Origin: Pseudomonadota bacterium
Lineage (GTDB): Bacteria > Pseudomonadota > Alphaproteobacteria > Rhodobacterales > Rhodobacteraceae
DNA: 49,918 bases
NCBI GenBank assembly: GCA_029567145.1
Contig: JAKQLM010000646.1
Span: 1-49,918, forward strand
Direction: 5' to 3'
The notes beneath the pieces are model-generated. The model ran no database searches, was not told the DNA's origin, and was given only the letters and a program-made list of their open reading frames with translations. The position numbers and the translations under genes were made by a program. Shown here in pieces: positions 47,081 through 49,918 of this stretch. Each line of letters opens with the position of its first letter. The first letter of the stretch is position 1.

Positions 47081-48354
47081 TGCGGATCGGGCTGGATCAA
47101 TTGGCGGACCTGCGGACCAAGGGCACGCCGCGCGGCATCACCTCGATCTGTTCGGCGCATCCCGTGGTGTTGCGGGCCGCCCTGCGGCACGGGGTTGCAA
47201 CCGGGGCCACCGTGCTGATCGAGGCAACCTGCAACCAGGTCAACCATCGGGGTGGCTATACCGGCATGGTTCCGGCGGATTTCGCCGCCCTTGTCGCGCG
47301 GATCGCGGCGGAGGAAGGCTGCCCAATGGAGCAAGTCATTCTTGGCGGCGACCATCTGGGGCCGAACCCGTGGCGCGACCAACCGGCCGAGGCAGCCTTG
47401 GCCGAGGCCGAGAAGATGGTCGAGTCCTATGTCGCGGCGGGGTTCCGCAAGATACACCTTGATGCGTCGATGGGCTGTCTGGGAGAGCCGGTGGCGCTGG
47501 ACGACGAGGCGACCGCGAAGCGGGCAGTCAGGCTGGCCGCAGTGGCCGAGCGAGTGGCGAAAGACCAGGGCGGGGACCTGCCGCGTTACATCATCGGCAC
47601 CGAAGTGCCGCCTCCCGGTGGCGCCGATCACGCCTTGCATGAGGTGCCGCCGACCGATCCGGCCGCCGCGCGCAAGACGATTGCCGTCCATCGCCGCATG
47701 TTCGCGGAGGCGGGTCTGTCGGACGCGATGCACCGGGTGATCGGTGTCGTAGTGCAGCCGGGGGTGGAGTTCGGCAATCACAACGTCATCCGCTACAACC
47801 GCGACCGGGCACAGGCCCTGGCGCAGGTGCTGAATGGGGAACCCGCACTGGTCTTTGAGGCGCACTCGACGGATTACCAGGGCACGGAACCCCTGTCGGA
47901 ACTGGTGCAGGACGGCTTTGAGATCCTGAAAGTCGGGCCAGAGCTGACCTTCGTCTTGCGCGAGGCGCTGTATGCTTTGGACCTGATCGCGTCGGACCTG
48001 ATCCCCGGCTACGACGACCGCCCCCTGCGCGCGGCGATGGAGCGGGTGATGCTGGACACCCCCGCTGAGTGGGAGCGCCACTATCCCGGAAGTCCTGCGG
48101 TGCAGGCCGTGCTGCGGCACTATTCGCTGTCGGACCGCATCCGGTATTACTGGGTGCAGCCGGCGGCAATGACGGCGGTGGAGCGGCTGACGGCAGCTCT
48201 ACAGGGCCAATCGGTTCCGATGCCGCTGTTCTGGCAGCACTGGCCCGCCGCTGCGGGGTTTGCCGACAGGCCGCTGGACGTCGAAGCCCTGCTGATCTGG
48301 CGCGTCACGCAATCCTTGGCCAGCTATCATGCGGCCTGCAATCTGGACCTTTGA
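47077..48354 (+). CDS. GatZ/KbaZ family protein (tagatose-6-phosphate 4-epimerase-like)
   Basis: SICSAHP, IEATCNQVN, GGDHLGPNPW, KIHLDAS, GTEVPPPGG, FEAHSTDYQ, LKVGP, SLSDRIRYYW. Confidence 0.92.
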   Translation: MMRIGLDQLADLRTKGTPRGITSICSAHPVVLRAALRHGVATGATVLIEATCNQVNHRGGYTGMVPADFAALVARIAAEEGCPMEQVILGGDHLGPNPWRDQPAEAALAEAEKMVESYVAAGFRKIHLDASMGCLGEPVALDDEATAKRAVRLAAVAERVAKDQGGDLPRYIIGTEVPPPGGADHALHEVPPTDPAAARKTIAVHRRMFAEAGLSDAMHRVIGVVVQPGVEFGNHNVIRYNRDRAQALAQVLNGEPALVFEAHSTDYQGTEPLSELVQDGFEILKVGPELTFVLREALYALDLIASDLIPGYDDRPLRAAMERVMLDTPAEWERHYPGSPAVQAVLRHYSLSDRIRYYWVQPAAMTAVERLTAALQGQSVPMPLFWQHWPAAAGFADRPLDVEALLIWRVTQSLASYHAACNLDL

Positions 48355-48366
48355 GGGGAGAGACCA

Positions 48367-49122
48367 ATGAGCCTGCAACAGTTCCGCCTTGACGGAAAGG
48401 TGGCGTTGATCACCGGGGGCAATCGCGGCATCGGCCTGGCGATTTCGCAGCTGTTCCTGCAGGCGGGGGCAAAGGTGATGATCACGGGGCGCACGCCGAC
48501 GCCCGAAGCGGAGGCGCTGTGCGGAGACAACTGCGCCTGGGTGCAAGGTGACGTGACCGACCCGGCCACGCCGGACAGGATCGTTGCCGCGACGGTAAAG
48601 CGGTTCGGCGCGCTGGACATTCTGGTCAACAACGCGGGCATTGCCGACAACGGCGACTTTCATGACTTTGACGATGCCCGTCTGGCGGCGATCACCGACA
48701 CCAACTTCATTGCGCCGTTCCGCATTGCCCGCGCTGCGGTCAAGCCGATGCTGGCTGCCGGGGCGGGCGTGGTGCTGAACGTCGGCTCGATCTCGGCCGA
48801 GGTAGCGAACAAGCCGCAGTTGCAGGTGGCCTACAATGCGTCGAAGGCGGCAGTGCACCAGATGACGCGGGTGATGGCGTTTGAATATGCGGGGCGGGGC
48901 ATCCGGGTAAACGCGCTTGCGCCGGGGTATGTGGTCAGTGACATGACCAAAGGCGGCATCGCGAATGCGGCGTGGAACAAGGTCTGGACCGAAAACACGC
49001 CTATGGGCCGCTTTGGTCAGCCCGAGGAAATGGCAAACTGCGCGCTGTTCCTGTGCTCGCCTGCCTCCAGCTATGTGACGGGGGCGGTGCTGACGGCGGA
49101 TGGCGGCTACACCACACATTGA
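48367..49122 (+). CDS. SDR-family polyol dehydrogenase (galactitol-dehydrogenase-like)
   Basis: TGGNRGIG, NNAG, NKPQLQVAYNASK. Confidence 0.85.
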   Translation: MSLQQFRLDGKVALITGGNRGIGLAISQLFLQAGAKVMITGRTPTPEAEALCGDNCAWVQGDVTDPATPDRIVAATVKRFGALDILVNNAGIADNGDFHDFDDARLAAITDTNFIAPFRIARAAVKPMLAAGAGVVLNVGSISAEVANKPQLQVAYNASKAAVHQMTRVMAFEYAGRGIRVNALAPGYVVSDMTKGGIANAAWNKVWTENTPMGRFGQPEEMANCALFLCSPASSYVTGAVLTADGGYTTH

Positions 49123-49131
49123 GAGGGCGGC

Positions 49132-49866
49132 ATGGATCAGGATCTGAACGGGCGCGTGGTGGTGATCACGGGGGCAGCTGGCGGGATCGGCACGGCAATG
49201 GCAGAGGCTTTTGCCAGCGTCGGCGCGCGCCTTGCGCTGGTCGATATCGTCGATCCGAGTAAGCTGGCCGCGCGTCTGGGGCCGGACCATGCGGCCTGGT
49301 CTTGTGACTTGGCGAACCCGGCGGAGATCGCCCGCGTGGTGGCCGAGATTGGCGACCGGATGGGCATCGACGTCCTGATCAACAACGCCGGCCTGGGGAT
49401 CGTCTTCCCCGCCGAGGTGACGCGGATCGAGGATTGGGACCGCACGCAGGCGATCAACCTGCGGGCACCCTGGCTGATGGCGGCGGCGGCGCTGCCATAT
49501 CTGAAAGCGTCGGGGCGGGGCAGGGTGGTCAACATCGCCTCGCAGGCCGGGATCATTGCGATTGCGGAACATGCGGCCTACGGCGCCTCAAAGGCCGGGC
49601 TGATCGGGCTGACCAAGGTGCTGGCGCTGGAATGGGCGCGGTTCGGGATCACGGTGAACGCGATTTCGCCGACGGTGGTGGAAACCCCGATGGCTTTGGT
49701 GGGGTGGTCCGGTGAGAAGGGCGAACGCGCCAAGGCGGCGATCCCGGTTGGGCGGTTTGCCAAGCCGTCAGAGATTGCCCATGCGGCGGTCTACCTTGCC
49801 TCGGCCAATGCGGGGATCGTCAATGGCGAGAATCTGGTGATGGACGGCGGGTTCACCGTGCAGTGA
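49132..49866 (+). CDS. SDR-family polyol dehydrogenase (GolD/DthD-like)
   Basis: TGAAGGIG, ASQAG, EHAAYGASK, ISPTVV, WSGEKGE. Confidence 0.85.
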   Translation: MDQDLNGRVVVITGAAGGIGTAMAEAFASVGARLALVDIVDPSKLAARLGPDHAAWSCDLANPAEIARVVAEIGDRMGIDVLINNAGLGIVFPAEVTRIEDWDRTQAINLRAPWLMAAAALPYLKASGRGRVVNIASQAGIIAIAEHAAYGASKAGLIGLTKVLALEWARFGITVNAISPTVVETPMALVGWSGEKGERAKAAIPVGRFAKPSEIAHAAVYLASANAGIVNGENLVMDGGFTVQ

Positions 49867-49888
49867 AAGGGGGCCATCGCTGGCCCCC
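49866..49888. terminator. Hairpin at end of polyol operon (possibly terminator of a convergent gene)
   Basis: AAA-GGGGGCCA-TCGC-TGGCCCCC. Confidence 0.55.
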
Positions 49889-49918
49889 GCCAGTTTCAGA
49901 TGTCGAAGTTCGTCGGCA

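Noticed and set aside
49896-49918. Possible 3' end of a convergent minus-strand gene (…PTNFDI*)
   Set aside because: Too short to identify

Overview
GC-rich alphaproteobacterial DNA (gene content suggests Rhodobacterales; inference) made of five modules. (1) 1-25.3 kb is a purine/ureide catabolic super-cluster. It has a Liv-type ABC transporter, hydantoin/allantoin racemase, malate synthase G, CidA/LrgB, aspartate dehydrogenase, PuuD, LysR, UraH, a PuuE-UraD fusion, AllA, an NCS2 permease and AllE. Embedded in it is a complete beta-hydroxyaspartate cycle operon (bhcABCD) with no adjacent bhcR, extended by a UreI/AmiS channel, a divergent GAPDH and a MaeB malic enzyme. (2) 25.5-29 kb is a two-component system with secreted GlcG/HbpS-family and ankyrin proteins. 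(3) 29.3-39 kb holds NSAR/OSBS + GNAT + RpiR + peptide ABC transporter + M81 hydrolase, a probable D-amino-acid/peptide salvage locus. (4) 39.6-43.5 kb is an Ig-repeat autotransporter-like adhesin interrupted by one in-frame TAG. (5) 43.9-49.9 kb is a ROK-regulated rare-ketose/polyol (tagatose) operon. Decayed IS3 and IS5 remnants sit at module junctions. No rRNA, tRNA or CRISPR was seen. The best candidate for an undescribed system is the urate-to-glyoxylate pathway wired to an extended BHAC operon. All calls rest on motif recognition; no database search was run.
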